A stretch of DNA of 64,000 nucleotides from an uncultured Gemmatimonadaceae bacterium (GCA_963822945.1 CAWGJO010000027.1:96001-160000), one strand, 5' to 3'. Numbered from the stretch's first letter, positions 15,975 through 25,891 are shown. Notes: a model not told the origin generated them from the letters alone. Translations and numbers: made by a program.

Positions 15975-16083
15975 CGCGGATACTCCGGGAGCGGTGGGGG
16001 AACGCAGGCGTCGGCGCCGGCAGCCAATCGTGGCCGCTCGCACTCACCAACGCAACCGCAACGGCCGGTGCCGCTGCCGGCGG

Positions 16084-17019
16084 TCAGGCCGGCCGGGCCG
16101 ACCCCAGTTCCGACAGGCGGTCGAGCACGCGGACGCCCGCCGGTTCGAGATCCCTGGCCAATCCCGCGGCCCCCGAACCGCCCACCACGAGGTCGACGCC
16201 GGCCGGGAGCCCGCCGCGGATCGATTCGAGTTCTCGTAAGATCTGCCGGCGGTCGGCGGGCGCCACCACGCTCAGCGCCACTACCTTCGCGCCGACGGCC
16301 CGCGCGGCCTCGGCGATGTCGGCGGCCGGGAGATCGGCGCCGAGGTAGGTCACGGCCCAACCGTGGGCCGTGGCAACCGCCGCCACGAACAGTGCGCCCA
16401 CTTCGTGGCGCTCCCCGGCCAGGGTGGCCACCACCATTCTTGGCGCGTCACCGGGCGCCGTCCCCACGGCCATGGCGCCGATGATCACGCGCCGCACCGT
16501 GGATGTGGCCAGGTGCTCCTGTCCCACCGAGACCCGGCCCGCGTGCCACTCGTCGCCCACGCGGCGCAGCAGCGGAGCCCCGACCGCGGCGATGAAGTTC
16601 ACCAGCCCCATCTCCGCGAGCACCCGCCCCAGCAACCACTCGAGCCCGGCCGCGTCGAAGGCACGCACGAGGGCAAGTGCGCGAGCGATCGACTCGCTAC
16701 CCGATCCCGTATCGGCGGGTGCGGCCGCATCCACGCGCGACCGTGCGCTGGCATCCTCCTCCACCAGTTGCGCCAATTCGCCGACGGACAGCCCCACCAC
16801 CTGTGAGATGCCCCGTCCGGGGATGGTGGCCAGCCGGAGCAGCCGGAGGCGTTCGATGTCGTCATCGGAGTAGAGGCGTTGACGCCCCTCGGAGCGGTCT
16901 GGCGAGACTGCGCGGTAGCGCCGCTCCCAAACCCGGAGCACGTCGGGGGTGAGACCGGTACGCTCGGCGGCTACCCCGATGGGGTGCTTGGGAATCGACG
17001 ACTGTCTGGAATCCGGCAT
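16084..17019 (-). CDS. MerR-family cobalamin-binding transcriptional regulator (CarH/LitR-like)
   Basis: MerR HTH (LRVWERRY, RLYS), W-x9-EH motif (WHAGRVSVGQEH), ExHxxG B12 motif (ERHEVG), SVV and VVGG; alternative start 17037. Confidence 0.9.
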   Translation of the reverse strand: MPDSRQSSIPKHPIGVAAERTGLTPDVLRVWERRYRAVSPDRSEGRQRLYSDDDIERLRLLRLATIPGRGISQVVGLSVGELAQLVEEDASARSRVDAAAPADTGSGSESIARALALVRAFDAAGLEWLLGRVLAEMGLVNFIAAVGAPLLRRVGDEWHAGRVSVGQEHLATSTVRRVIIGAMAVGTAPGDAPRMVVATLAGERHEVGALFVAAVATAHGWAVTYLGADLPAADIAEAARAVGAKVVALSVVAPADRRQILRELESIRGGLPAGVDLVVGGSGAAGLARDLEPAGVRVLDRLSELGSARPA

Positions 17020-17037
17020 GGGCCAATTCTGGCGCAT

Positions 17038-17123
17038 TGTCCATATAATGTCAATAGATATATATGGACATATGATTGACACACGATTTGCGTCTGCCTA
17101 GCTTCCTGGACAGTTGCTGGACA
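17038..17123. promoter_or_regulatory. AT-rich divergent promoter with 11-bp-spaced TnnACA repeats (CarH-type operator)
   Basis: Minus-strand pair at 17038 and 17049; plus-strand TGGACA 17065 / TTGACA 17076 and TGGACA 17107 / 17118; each pair 11 bp apart. Confidence 0.7.
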
Positions 17124-17185
17124 GTGGGCGACCACGAACGTGTCGTCCGGCCCTTCACATCGATCAACGACTCAACTCTCGTCTC

Positions 17186-17587
17186 ATGAGCACCGCCATC
17201 CATGCCGGCAGTCTGAGAACCTTCGTGGGCGCGCTGAAATCGGCCGACCTCGTGAACACGCTCGAGGGGAAGGGACCGTTCACCGTGTTCGCGCCCACGG
17301 ACGCCGCATTCGACGCTCTGAGTGATGGCCCGCTGGCCTCGTTGATGTCCGATCGCAGCCAGCTCACCGACGTGATCACCCGACACCTGGTGCCGGGAAC
17401 GCTGCTGGCGGCTGATCTGCTGGACCGGGGCTCCACCGACGCGACGACCGTGAACGGGACGACCCTCCGCATCGTGACCCGTAACGGCAGGGTGCTGGTG
17501 AGCGGCGCCGAGGTGCTGGAGGCGGACATTCAGGGTTCGAACGGAGTAATTCACGTCATCGACAGAGTCCTTGTGCCTGAGGGGTAG
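17186..17587 (+). CDS. Fasciclin (FAS1) domain protein
   Basis: GPFTVFAPTDAAF and SNGVIHVIDRVL motifs; start uncertain (TTG 17114 possible); no clear signal peptide. Confidence 0.88.
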   Translation: MSTAIHAGSLRTFVGALKSADLVNTLEGKGPFTVFAPTDAAFDALSDGPLASLMSDRSQLTDVITRHLVPGTLLAADLLDRGSTDATTVNGTTLRIVTRNGRVLVSGAEVLEADIQGSNGVIHVIDRVLVPEG

Positions 17588-17770
17588 GGCCCGGGGCAGG
17601 CGTTCTATAGACTTCGGGGGTGGTTGTTCCGTCAGTTTGCGGAGCGGCCACCCCCGTTGCTTTTGTCAGTGTTTCCCCGACACGGACTCGGGCGGTTGCC
17701 GATGGCGACGCGGAATGCCGAGTCTTAGCATCAGCTTGTCGTTGCGGGGCTTTCCACACATCCCGGACCA

Positions 17771-18499
17771 ATGGTGACTGCAAAATCTGAGTTGGCGATC
17801 GAGGCCCAGGGTGTAGCGCGCCGCTTCGGCGCACGGTGGGTGCTCCGGGGAGTGTCGATCGAGCTTGGTCCCGGAGAGATCGTCGGACTGCTCGGCGCCA
17901 ACGGCAGCGGCAAGACCACGCTGCTCCGGATATTCGGCACGCTGCTCAAGCCGACCGCGGGCACGGCCCGCATCTACGGTCATGACGTGGCCCGTGAGAC
18001 CGATGCCGTGCGATCGGAGCTCGGGTTCATGGCGCACACCCCCGGGCTCTACGACGACCTCACGGCGCGCGAGAATCTGCGGTTCGGCGCGATGATGCTG
18101 GGCCTGCCGGTGGGGAACAACCTGGACGCGGCGCTGGAGCGCGTTGGCCTGGGTCACGTGATCAACGAGCGGGTGCGCGGATTCTCGGCCGGCATGCAGC
18201 GCCGCCTGGCCATGGCGCGCCTGCTGCTGCGCCATGCCCGCGTGCTGCTGCTCGACGAGCCTTACAGCAATCTCGACACGGCGGGCATCAAGCTGATGAA
18301 CGAGATCATCACCGAAGCCGGCGCGGCCGGTGGCGCGGCGCTGGTGGTGCTGCACGAGTTGGCGCCCGCGGCGGGTGTGCTCGACCGTACCATCACGATC
18401 GTGAACGGACGCGTGGCGGAGTCGAAGCCGGCGCCCATTCCTCGCGTGCGCCTCGTCCCGAGCGAGCGTGCCGCGGCCACGGCGGGAGGGAACGGCTGA
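17771..18499 (+). CDS. ccmA: Heme ABC exporter ATP-binding protein CcmA
   Basis: GANGSGKT, FSAGM, LLLDEP; first gene of the ccm operon. Confidence 0.92.
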   Translation: MVTAKSELAIEAQGVARRFGARWVLRGVSIELGPGEIVGLLGANGSGKTTLLRIFGTLLKPTAGTARIYGHDVARETDAVRSELGFMAHTPGLYDDLTARENLRFGAMMLGLPVGNNLDAALERVGLGHVINERVRGFSAGMQRRLAMARLLLRHARVLLLDEPYSNLDTAGIKLMNEIITEAGAAGGAALVVLHELAPAAGVLDRTITIVNGRVAESKPAPIPRVRLVPSERAAATAGGNG

Positions 18500-19185
18500 T
18501 GGCGTTCCGCGACGACGTGCGCCGGATTCGCGCGATCGCCTGGAAGGATCTGACCACGGAGCGCCGCTCCAAGGCCGGATTCAACAGTGTGGCGGCGCTC
18601 GGGATCACCATTCTCGTGCTGTTCGGATTTGCGCTGGGCCCCGACGCACAGGCGCTGCGCGACGCGGCCGCCGGTGCGCTCTGGCTCTCGGCGCTGTTCG
18701 CGGGAGTGCTCGCGTTCAATCGCAGCTACCAGGTGGAGCTGGAGAGCGGCGCCCTGGATCAGTTGCTGCAGTATCCGGGCCCGCGCTGGGTGATCTACGT
18801 GGGCAAGTTGATTGCCAACTCGCTGTTCGTGGGGCTGATGCTGGTGATCGTGGTGGCCGTGGGGATCGCGCTCTTCCAGGTGAAGATCCCGGCGGCGTGG
18901 CCGTCGCTCATCGGCGTGTTCGCGCTGGGCGCGGTGGGGCTGGTCGTGCTGGGCACGTTCTACGCGGCCATGGCGAGCCGCAGCCGGGCCCGCGAGGTCT
19001 TGCTCCCGCTGCTGCTCTTTCCGATGCTGGTGCCGGTGCTGCTGGCCGCCATTTCGGCCACCAAGGCGCTGCTGGTGGGTGACATCATGCACGAAGCGGG
19101 GGCGTGGATCAAACTGCTCGCCGCCTACGACCTGATCTTCCTCGTCGCCACTCTCTGGGCATTCGAATATGTCATCGAAGTCTGA
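18499..19185 (+). CDS. ccmB: Heme exporter protein CcmB
   Basis: Six-TM profile, LLPLLLFPMLVPVL motif, operon position. Confidence 0.9.
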   Translation: MAFRDDVRRIRAIAWKDLTTERRSKAGFNSVAALGITILVLFGFALGPDAQALRDAAAGALWLSALFAGVLAFNRSYQVELESGALDQLLQYPGPRWVIYVGKLIANSLFVGLMLVIVVAVGIALFQVKIPAAWPSLIGVFALGAVGLVVLGTFYAAMASRSRAREVLLPLLLFPMLVPVLLAAISATKALLVGDIMHEAGAWIKLLAAYDLIFLVATLWAFEYVIEV

Positions 19186-19195
19186 GGCCCTTTCC

Positions 19196-19906
19196 ATGAC
19201 CAATGACGTGCAAACGATACAGGTACCCCGTTCGGCCGGCTGGACGACGTTCGGTGTGGTGAGCATCGCGGCGTTGATCGCCACGCAGGTGTTCGCGTTT
19301 CTCACCTCGCCGCCGGACGTCAACATGGGGCAGTTGGAGAAGATCCTGTACGTCCACGTACCGGCGGCCTGGGTAATGTTCATCTGTTTCGCCGTCGTGC
19401 TGGTCTACAGTCTCCGCTTCCTTTGGAAGGGGCGTGAAGAGGACGACCTGCTGGCGGCGGCCGCTGCCGAAGTGGGCGCTATCTTCAATGGGCTCACGCT
19501 GATCCTGGGCATGATCTGGGGCAAGCCGGCGTGGGGCGTGTGGTGGGTGTGGGACGCGCGACTGACGTCCACGCTGGTGCTCTTTCTCGTCTTCGTGGGG
19601 TATCTGGCCCTGCGGGCGTTCGTGGAGGATCCCCAGCGGCGCGGGCAGTGGAGCGCGGCCGTGGGGATTCTCGGCGCGCTGAACGTGCCGATCGTCTGGA
19701 TGTCGGTAACCTGGTGGCGAACGCTTCATCAGATGCCGTCGAGCATGCAGTCGATGGCCAAGATCTACTGGGTGGGCATGTTCTTGAATTTCGGCGCCAT
19801 GCTGTTGGTCATGGTGTACTTCATCCGGCGCCGGTACGAGGCGACGGCCATCGTGCGCGCGGCGGAGCACGCCGCGCAGGCGGTGGCGTTGGGAGGGGAC
19901 GAGTAA
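19196..19906 (+). CDS. ccmC: Heme exporter / cytochrome c biogenesis protein CcmC
   Basis: YVHVP, WWD motif WGKPAWGVWWVWDARLT, WWRTLHQ. Confidence 0.95.
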   Translation: MTNDVQTIQVPRSAGWTTFGVVSIAALIATQVFAFLTSPPDVNMGQLEKILYVHVPAAWVMFICFAVVLVYSLRFLWKGREEDDLLAAAAAEVGAIFNGLTLILGMIWGKPAWGVWWVWDARLTSTLVLFLVFVGYLALRAFVEDPQRRGQWSAAVGILGALNVPIVWMSVTWWRTLHQMPSSMQSMAKIYWVGMFLNFGAMLLVMVYFIRRRYEATAIVRAAEHAAQAVALGGDE

Positions 19907-20064
19907 TGGAAGCATCCAACTGGGGGTTCGTCACGGCGGCCTACGCGATCACGTGGGCGCTGATCGTGGGATATCTGGTGTACGGACAGCGGGCGTTGAA
20001 CCGCGCTCGCGCCGAATACGAGCGAGTCACGGGCCACAAGCCCGGTGAAGGAGATGCAGCATGA
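19906..20064 (+). CDS. ccmD: CcmD-like small membrane protein
   Basis: 52 aa, single TM (FVTAAYAITW) plus charged tail, between ccmC and ccmE with overlapping codons. Confidence 0.8.
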   Translation: MEASNWGFVTAAYAITWALIVGYLVYGQRALNRARAEYERVTGHKPGEGDAA

Positions 20065-20504
20065 GCAAGCGCAACTGGGCGATTCTCGTCGCGGTGGTAC
20101 TGGTCGCGACCTTCGGATGGCTGCTGTACGGCGGCCTCAACAAGAACGTGGTGTTCTTCCTCACGCCCAAGGAGCTGCTGGCCAAGGGCACGGACGGCTA
20201 CGACGTGCCGGTGCGGCTGGGCGGCATGGTGGTGCCGGGCACCGTCCAGTGGGACGAGAAGACGCTCCACCTGCAGTTCAAGGTGACCGACGACTCGGGC
20301 ACGGTGCTCGTGCACGAAGTGGGCGCGCCGCCGCAGATGTTCCAGCCGGGAATGGGCGTGGTGGTCGAGGGAAAGTTCGGCCGCGACAACGTATTCCAGG
20401 CCACCAACCTGATGGTGAAGCACTCCAACGAGTATCACCCGCCCAAACCGGGTGAGAAGCCGGAGGAGATTTACAAGACGCTGATCAAGGGATCCACACC
20501 ATGA
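20061..20504 (+). CDS. ccmE: Cytochrome c maturation heme chaperone CcmE
   Basis: VRLGGMV, KHSNEY (HxxxY) heme-binding motif. Confidence 0.95.
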   Translation: MSKRNWAILVAVVLVATFGWLLYGGLNKNVVFFLTPKELLAKGTDGYDVPVRLGGMVVPGTVQWDEKTLHLQFKVTDDSGTVLVHEVGAPPQMFQPGMGVVVEGKFGRDNVFQATNLMVKHSNEYHPPKPGEKPEEIYKTLIKGSTP

Positions 20505-22528
20505 CGGGCATGTTCGCACACGACGCGCTGATCATCTCGCTGGTCGCGGTTCTGTTCGGCGCCATCGTCGGTACGCTCGGCATCCGCGGGAACCGGCAGG
20601 ACTGGGTGCAGCTCGCCTTCGGCACGATCTACGCCAACTTCGCGCTCGTCACGATCGCGACGCTGGCCATGATCTACGCGCTCGTCACGCACGACTATTC
20701 GGTGTCGTACGTGGCGCAGGTGGGCAGCAACGAGACGCCGCTCTTCTACACCGTGATCTCGCTGTGGGGCGCGCTCGAGGGCTCCATTCTGTTCTGGGCG
20801 TGGGTCCTGGGTGCCTACTCCACCGCCGTCGTCTGGATCAACCGCAAGCGCCCGGGCAATCTCGTACCCTGGGCCGCGGTGACGCTCCTCGTGGTGGCGC
20901 TGTTCTTCGCCATCCTCCTCGTGGGACCCGCGAACCCGTTCCATTCGGTGTTCCCGGTGCCCACCGATGGTCCGGGCCCGAATCCGCTGCTGCAGAACCA
21001 CATCCTGATGGCGGTGCACCCGCCGCTGCTGTACCTCGGCTACGTGGGCATGTCGGTGCCGTTCGCGTTCGCGGCGGGCGCCATGTTCTCCGGCGAGGTG
21101 GCCTCGGACGACTGGATCAAGATCTCGCGCACCTGGACGATGATCGCCTGGGGCTTCCTGTCGGCGGCGATCATCGCCGGCATGTGGTGGTCGTACGAGG
21201 TGCTCGGATGGGGCGGCTACTGGGCGTGGGATCCCGTGGAGAATGCATCGTTCCTTCCCTGGCTCACCGCGACGGCGTTCCTGCATTCGGTGATGGTCCA
21301 GGAGCGGCGCGGCATGCTGAAGCTCTGGAACCTGAACCTCATGGTCGGGACGTTCGTGCTGACCATCCTGGGGACCTTCCTCACGCGGTCGGGGATCCTG
21401 AGCTCGGTGCACGCGTTCACCACGGGCACCATCGGCTACTACTTCCTGGCCTTCATTGCGGTCGTGCTGGTGTGGGCGCTGGCGATGGTGGGCGGCGTGT
21501 CGGAGAAACTGCGCACCAAGGGGCACCTGGAATCGGCGACTTCGCGCGAGACGGTCTTCCTGCTCAACAACCTGTTCCTGACCGCGTTCTGCTTCACGGT
21601 GCTGGTGGGGACGCTGTTCCCGCTGGTGGCCGAGGCGGTGCGTGGCATCAAGGTCACGGTGGGCGAGCCGTTCTTCAACAAGATGACGCTGCCGCTGATC
21701 ACGGCGCTGATCTTCCTGGTAGGCGTGGGACCGGCGTTGCCCTGGGGCGCGGCGTCGCGTGACGTGCTCAAGCGCAAGCTGCTGCCGCCGATCGCCGGCG
21801 CGGTGGTAATGGGCGCTGTCGCGCTGGTATGGGGCGCGCGCAATCCGTATGCGGTCCTGATCTTTGCCTTCGTGGGCTATTCGGCGTTCGCCAATCTGCG
21901 GGAGTACTGGATCGGCATGAACGCGCGCCACAGAGCCCATGGTGAGAACTGGGGGCTGGCGCTCACGCGGCTGGTGGGCGGCAACCGGCGCCGGTACGGC
22001 GGCTACGTGGCCCACCTGGGCGTGCTGGTGGTGGCGCTGGGCATCGCGGCGTCGCAGAGTTTCCGCAGCGAGCGCGAGGCGACGCTCGAGCCGGGACAGA
22101 CGCTGACGGTGGCGGGCCACACCGCGCGCCTCAAGGAAGTGTGGGGCCGCCAGGAGCCGCAGCGCGCGGTGATCGGCGCCACGATGGAAGTGGTGAAGGA
22201 CGGCAAGGTGGTGGCGACCGCGGATCCGCGGATGAACTTCTATCCGACGCAGTCGGCGCCCGTGCCGACCCCGCAGGTGATCAGCTCGATCAGCGGCGAC
22301 CTGTATTTCAACCTGATGGCGTTCGACCAGAACGGCGCGCACGCGACGGTGAAGCTCATCGTGCAGCCGCTCGTGCCGTGGATCTGGTTCGGCGGAGGCA
22401 TCGTGGTGCTGGGCGCGATCATCGGGGTGTTCCCGAAGCGCAAGCGCCGCGCGGTGCTCGCCGAGGCGCGACAGCCGGTACCGGCAGTGCCGCTGCCGCT
22501 GCCGACCACTGGAGGAGGCGAAGCATGA
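20501..22528 (+). CDS. ccmF: Heme lyase CcmF/NrfE family subunit
   Basis: WGALEGS, NPLLQ, HPP, WGGYWAWDPVEN, SVHAF. Confidence 0.96.
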   Translation: MTGMFAHDALIISLVAVLFGAIVGTLGIRGNRQDWVQLAFGTIYANFALVTIATLAMIYALVTHDYSVSYVAQVGSNETPLFYTVISLWGALEGSILFWAWVLGAYSTAVVWINRKRPGNLVPWAAVTLLVVALFFAILLVGPANPFHSVFPVPTDGPGPNPLLQNHILMAVHPPLLYLGYVGMSVPFAFAAGAMFSGEVASDDWIKISRTWTMIAWGFLSAAIIAGMWWSYEVLGWGGYWAWDPVENASFLPWLTATAFLHSVMVQERRGMLKLWNLNLMVGTFVLTILGTFLTRSGILSSVHAFTTGTIGYYFLAFIAVVLVWALAMVGGVSEKLRTKGHLESATSRETVFLLNNLFLTAFCFTVLVGTLFPLVAEAVRGIKVTVGEPFFNKMTLPLITALIFLVGVGPALPWGAASRDVLKRKLLPPIAGAVVMGAVALVWGARNPYAVLIFAFVGYSAFANLREYWIGMNARHRAHGENWGLALTRLVGGNRRRYGGYVAHLGVLVVALGIAASQSFRSEREATLEPGQTLTVAGHTARLKEVWGRQEPQRAVIGATMEVVKDGKVVATADPRMNFYPTQSAPVPTPQVISSISGDLYFNLMAFDQNGAHATVKLIVQPLVPWIWFGGGIVVLGAIIGVFPKRKRRAVLAEARQPVPAVPLPLPTTGGGEA

Positions 22529-23178
22529 ACTGGAAACGTGCGACGATCGCGTCGCTGTTCGCGGTGCCGCTGATCCTGCTGTTCGCGTGGGGGTTCACCA
22601 AGGACCCCAACAACATTCCGTCGCCCCTGCCGGGCCGCATGGCGCCCGACTTCCGGCTGCCGGTGTTCTCGCCCGGCGAGCCGCCGACCACGCTGCCCGT
22701 GGGCGACACGGTGCACCTGGCGAGTCTGCGCGGCGAGGTGGTGGTGCTCAACTTCTGGGCATCGTGGTGCCTGTCGTGCCGCGACGAACACCGTGAACTG
22801 AGCGCGTTCGCCCGGCGCTACGCCGACAAGCCGGTGCACTTCCTGGGCGTGCTCTACAACGACTTCCCGAAGCCGGCCATCAACTGGATCAAGGAGATGG
22901 GCGGGCAGCAGTATCCGTCGGTGGACGACGGCAACGCGCACACGTCCATCGACTACGGCCTCTACGGCGTGCCGGAGACGTATTTCATCGACGGGTCGGG
23001 ACACGTGGCGTACAAGCAGACGGGCCCGGTCACCGACGCCATCCTGACGCGGATCGTCGATTCACTGATCGCCGCCCTGCCCCCATCGGCCAAGACGGCG
23101 GCGCCTGGCGACACGGCAGCCCACGTGCTGACGCCGGCGGCGCGCCCGAGCCCCAAGGGCACGGGAACGACTCCATGA
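22525..23178 (+). CDS. ccmG: Thiol:disulfide oxidoreductase CcmG/DsbE (TlpA-like)
   Basis: NFWASWCLSC, YGVPETYFID; ATGA overlap with ccmF. Confidence 0.9.
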   Translation: MNWKRATIASLFAVPLILLFAWGFTKDPNNIPSPLPGRMAPDFRLPVFSPGEPPTTLPVGDTVHLASLRGEVVVLNFWASWCLSCRDEHRELSAFARRYADKPVHFLGVLYNDFPKPAINWIKEMGGQQYPSVDDGNAHTSIDYGLYGVPETYFIDGSGHVAYKQTGPVTDAILTRIVDSLIAALPPSAKTAAPGDTAAHVLTPAARPSPKGTGTTP

Positions 23179-23654
23179 CGCGGTTCACCAAACTCGCGCT
23201 GGGCATGGTCGTGGCGGCCTGTGCCGTGATGCCGGTAGCCGCGGCAGCGCAGCAGGCGCCGACGGGCACGACGAGCACCGCCGCCCCACTGCCCTCATCC
23301 GCCGACTCGGCGCTCGACGCGAAGACCACCGCCGTCGCCTCCCAACTCCGGTGCCCGGTGTGCCAGGGCGAATCGATCCAGGATTCGCCGTCGGAGTTGG
23401 CGCACGAGATGCGGGAGCTGGTCAAGTCGCAGCTCGCCGAGGGCAAGACACCGGCCGAGGTGAAGGCGTACTTCGTGTCGAAGTACGGCGAGTGGATTCT
23501 GCTGGATCCCAAGGCGCACGGGTTCAACCTGGTGCTCTATGCGGCGCCGTATCTGCTGCTGGTGGCCGGGTTCGGGGTGATCGTGGTGGCGGTGAAGAAG
23601 TGGACACGAGGAAGCGGAGAAACGGCGGAACCGCAGAACGGCGCAGGGCAATAA
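23175..23654 (+). CDS. ccmH: Cytochrome c-type biogenesis protein CcmH
   Basis: LRCPVCQ, YGEWIL motifs. Confidence 0.92.
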   Translation: MTRFTKLALGMVVAACAVMPVAAAAQQAPTGTTSTAAPLPSSADSALDAKTTAVASQLRCPVCQGESIQDSPSELAHEMRELVKSQLAEGKTPAEVKAYFVSKYGEWILLDPKAHGFNLVLYAAPYLLLVAGFGVIVVAVKKWTRGSGETAEPQNGAGQ

Positions 23655-23737
23655 CGGCGACACCGCGAAACGGCGCAGGGCCGGTACTACGCAGGGCCGA
23701 TAGCACGCAGGGCCGATACAGCGCAGGGCCGATACGG
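23642..23737 (+). repeat. 16-bp-period tandem repeat (CGCAGGGCCGATAnnn)
   Basis: Four close copies at 23674, 23690, 23706, 23722, plus degenerate units at 23642 and 23658. Confidence 0.8.
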
Positions 23738-23767
23738 CGGGGAAAGGGAAGTGGGTAAACAGCGAAT

Positions 23768-23801
23768 GGGGCGGGGCGATCGCATGCGATCGCCCCGCCC
23801 C
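23768..23801. terminator. Perfect 34-bp palindrome between convergent ccm and hem operons (probable bidirectional terminator)
   Basis: GGGGCGGGGCGATCGCA|TGCGATCGCCCCGCCCC. Confidence 0.7.
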
Positions 23802-23810
23802 CTTCCGCAT

Positions 23811-23885
23811 TCTGACTGTCTGACTGTCCGACTGTCCGACTGTCCGACTGTCCGACCTACCAACCCACCGACCTACCGACCTACC
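23811..23885. repeat. Octamer tandem repeats (TCYGACTG)x5 grading into CCGACCTA units
   Basis: Read directly; overlaps the hemH stop codon. Confidence 0.85.
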
Positions 23886-24784
23886 ACGTTGCCCAGCACC
23901 TCGATGAACTCGGGCTTCGCGTTGGGCAGTTCGGTGCGGTGCAGCGTCATGCCCAGTTCCCTGGCCTTGTCCTTGGCTTCGATGTCGATGTCGAACAGCA
24001 CTTCCAGGTGATCGCTGACGAATCCGATGGGCACCTGGAGTACGTTCTTCACCCCTTCCGCCTTCAGCGTGTCGAGATAGTCGAGAATGTCGGGCCCGAT
24101 CCAGGGCTCGCCGGTGCCGCCGGCGCTCTGCCAGGCTCGGCGGAAGCCGGGGAGACCGGCGGCCTTGGCCACCAGCTCGGCGCTCTCCTGGAGCTGTGAT
24201 TCGTACGGGTCGTTCCACGTACGGATGCGTTCGGGGAGGCTGTGGGCAGTGAACACGACCGTCACCGATCCGCGATCCTTCTCGGGGAACTGCGTGAGCC
24301 CCTGCTTCACCGTATCGGCCATGAACCGCACGAAATCCGGCCGCTCGTACCAGTGGTCCACGAAGGTGAACTCGAACGGATTGCCCAACTCGGCCTGCTT
24401 CTCGTCGATGGCATGGCGGTACTGGCCGATGCTCATCTTCGAGTAGTGCGGCGCGAGCACGAACGCCGTGAACTTGCGGATCCCGTCGTCGTACATGGTC
24501 TGGAGCGCTTCGGCGATGTACGGATGCCAGTGCTTCATCCCCATGTACACCTTCCGCGTGTCGCCCGACGCCGAGAGCTTCGCCGCGAGGGCGTCGCGGA
24601 CATCCTCGGTGAGCTTGAGCAGCGGCGTGGAACCGCCCACGCGCTCGTAGCGCGCCTTCAGGTTGGCCACCGCCGCGGGCGGCGGGGTGCGCCCGTGGCG
24701 GATGTGGGTGAAGTACGCCTCGACGTCGTCGAGGGTACCGGGGGTGCCGTACGCGAGCACCAGAACTGCGTTGTCGTTCTCCAT
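23873..24784 (-). CDS. hemH: Ferrochelatase, Bacillus-like (probable coproporphyrin ferrochelatase)
   Basis: LAYGTP, LAPHYS, FTAHSLP, WQSAG...PWIGPD, GFVSDHLEVLFD. Confidence 0.93.
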   Translation of the reverse strand: MENDNAVLVLAYGTPGTLDDVEAYFTHIRHGRTPPPAAVANLKARYERVGGSTPLLKLTEDVRDALAAKLSASGDTRKVYMGMKHWHPYIAEALQTMYDDGIRKFTAFVLAPHYSKMSIGQYRHAIDEKQAELGNPFEFTFVDHWYERPDFVRFMADTVKQGLTQFPEKDRGSVTVVFTAHSLPERIRTWNDPYESQLQESAELVAKAAGLPGFRRAWQSAGGTGEPWIGPDILDYLDTLKAEGVKNVLQVPIGFVSDHLEVLFDIDIEAKDKARELGMTLHRTELPNAKPEFIEVLGNVVGR

Positions 24785-25891
24785 CTAGCGGCCTCCGGCC
24801 GTTGCGGGTGATGCCCCGGGGTCGGAGGAGGTGGGGGCGGGGGTGCCGCCGCCGGCGCGCCGCGTCCGGGCGCGCACCGTAGCGATGGCGTGTTCGATGT
24901 TGGCGACGGGGGTGTCGGGCAGCAGTCCGTGGCCCAGGTTGAAGATGTGCCCGGGCCGGTCGGCGGCGCGGTCCAGGACGTCGTTCACTTCACGCGCGAT
25001 GACATCCGGGGTACCAAGCAGCACGGCGGGGTCCAGGTTCCCCTGAATGCCCTTTTCGTGGCCGATGATGTCCCAGGCGCGATCGAGCGGAATGCGCCAG
25101 TCGGCGCCGAGAATGGTGCCTCCGTCGGTGGCCATCGCGTCGAGCAGGGTGGCGGTGTTCACGCCGAAGTGGATGAGCGGCGCGCCCAGCGGCGCGAGCG
25201 CGGCGAAGATGCGGCGCGCGTAGGGCTGCACGTAGCGTACATAGTCGTTGCGCGACAGCGCGCCCACCCAGCTGTCGAACAGCTGCAGCGCGTCGGCGCC
25301 CGCCGCCCGCTGGGCGCTCAGGAATGCGATCACCATGTCGCTGAGCCGGGTCATCAGCTCGTGCCAGGTGTCCGGCGCCGCGTACATCATGGTCTTGGTG
25401 CGCAGGAAATCGCGCGACGCGCGACCCTCGATCAGGTAGGCGGCGAGCGTGAACGGCGCGCCGGTGAACCCGATGAGCGGCGTGCGGTCGCCCAGTTCGG
25501 CCTTGAGCATCCGGATCGTGTCGAGCACGTACGGCAGACCGGCCTCGGGATCGAGCGGACGCAGCGCGCGCACGTCGGCGTCGGTGCGCACCGGCGATTC
25601 GATCACCGGCCCCACGCCGTCCACGATATCCAGCGGCACGCCGGCGCCGATGAGCGGATGCATGATGTCGGCAAAGAGAATCGCCGCATCCACGCCCAGG
25701 CGCCGCACGGGCTGGAGCGTCACCTCGGTGCACACCTCGGGACGCTTGGTGATTTCGATGAGCGAATACTGCTCGCGGATGGCGCGGTATTCGGGGAGCA
25801 CGCGCCCCGCCTGCCGCATGAACCAGACCGGCGTGCGCTCCACCGGCTGGTGCCGGGCGGCGCGCATGAACACCGTGGAGTCGATCGTCAA
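24785..25891 (-). CDS. hemE: Uroporphyrinogen decarboxylase
   Basis: PVWFMRQAGR, AILFADI, GAPFTLA, QLFDSW, QGNLDP, FNLGHG. Confidence 0.96.
   Translation of the reverse strand: MTIDSTVFMRAARHQPVERTPVWFMRQAGRVLPEYRAIREQYSLIEITKRPEVCTEVTLQPVRRLGVDAAILFADIMHPLIGAGVPLDIVDGVGPVIESPVRTDADVRALRPLDPEAGLPYVLDTIRMLKAELGDRTPLIGFTGAPFTLAAYLIEGRASRDFLRTKTMMYAAPDTWHELMTRLSDMVIAFLSAQRAAGADALQLFDSWVGALSRNDYVRYVQPYARRIFAALAPLGAPLIHFGVNTATLLDAMATDGGTILGADWRIPLDRAWDIIGHEKGIQGNLDPAVLLGTPDVIAREVNDVLDRAADRPGHIFNLGHGLLPDTPVANIEHAIATVRARTRRAGGGTPAPTSSDPGASPATAGGR

Noticed and set aside
23642..23885. CRISPR array
   Set aside because: Units are 8 and 16 bp tandem repeats without unique spacers, and no cas genes are present
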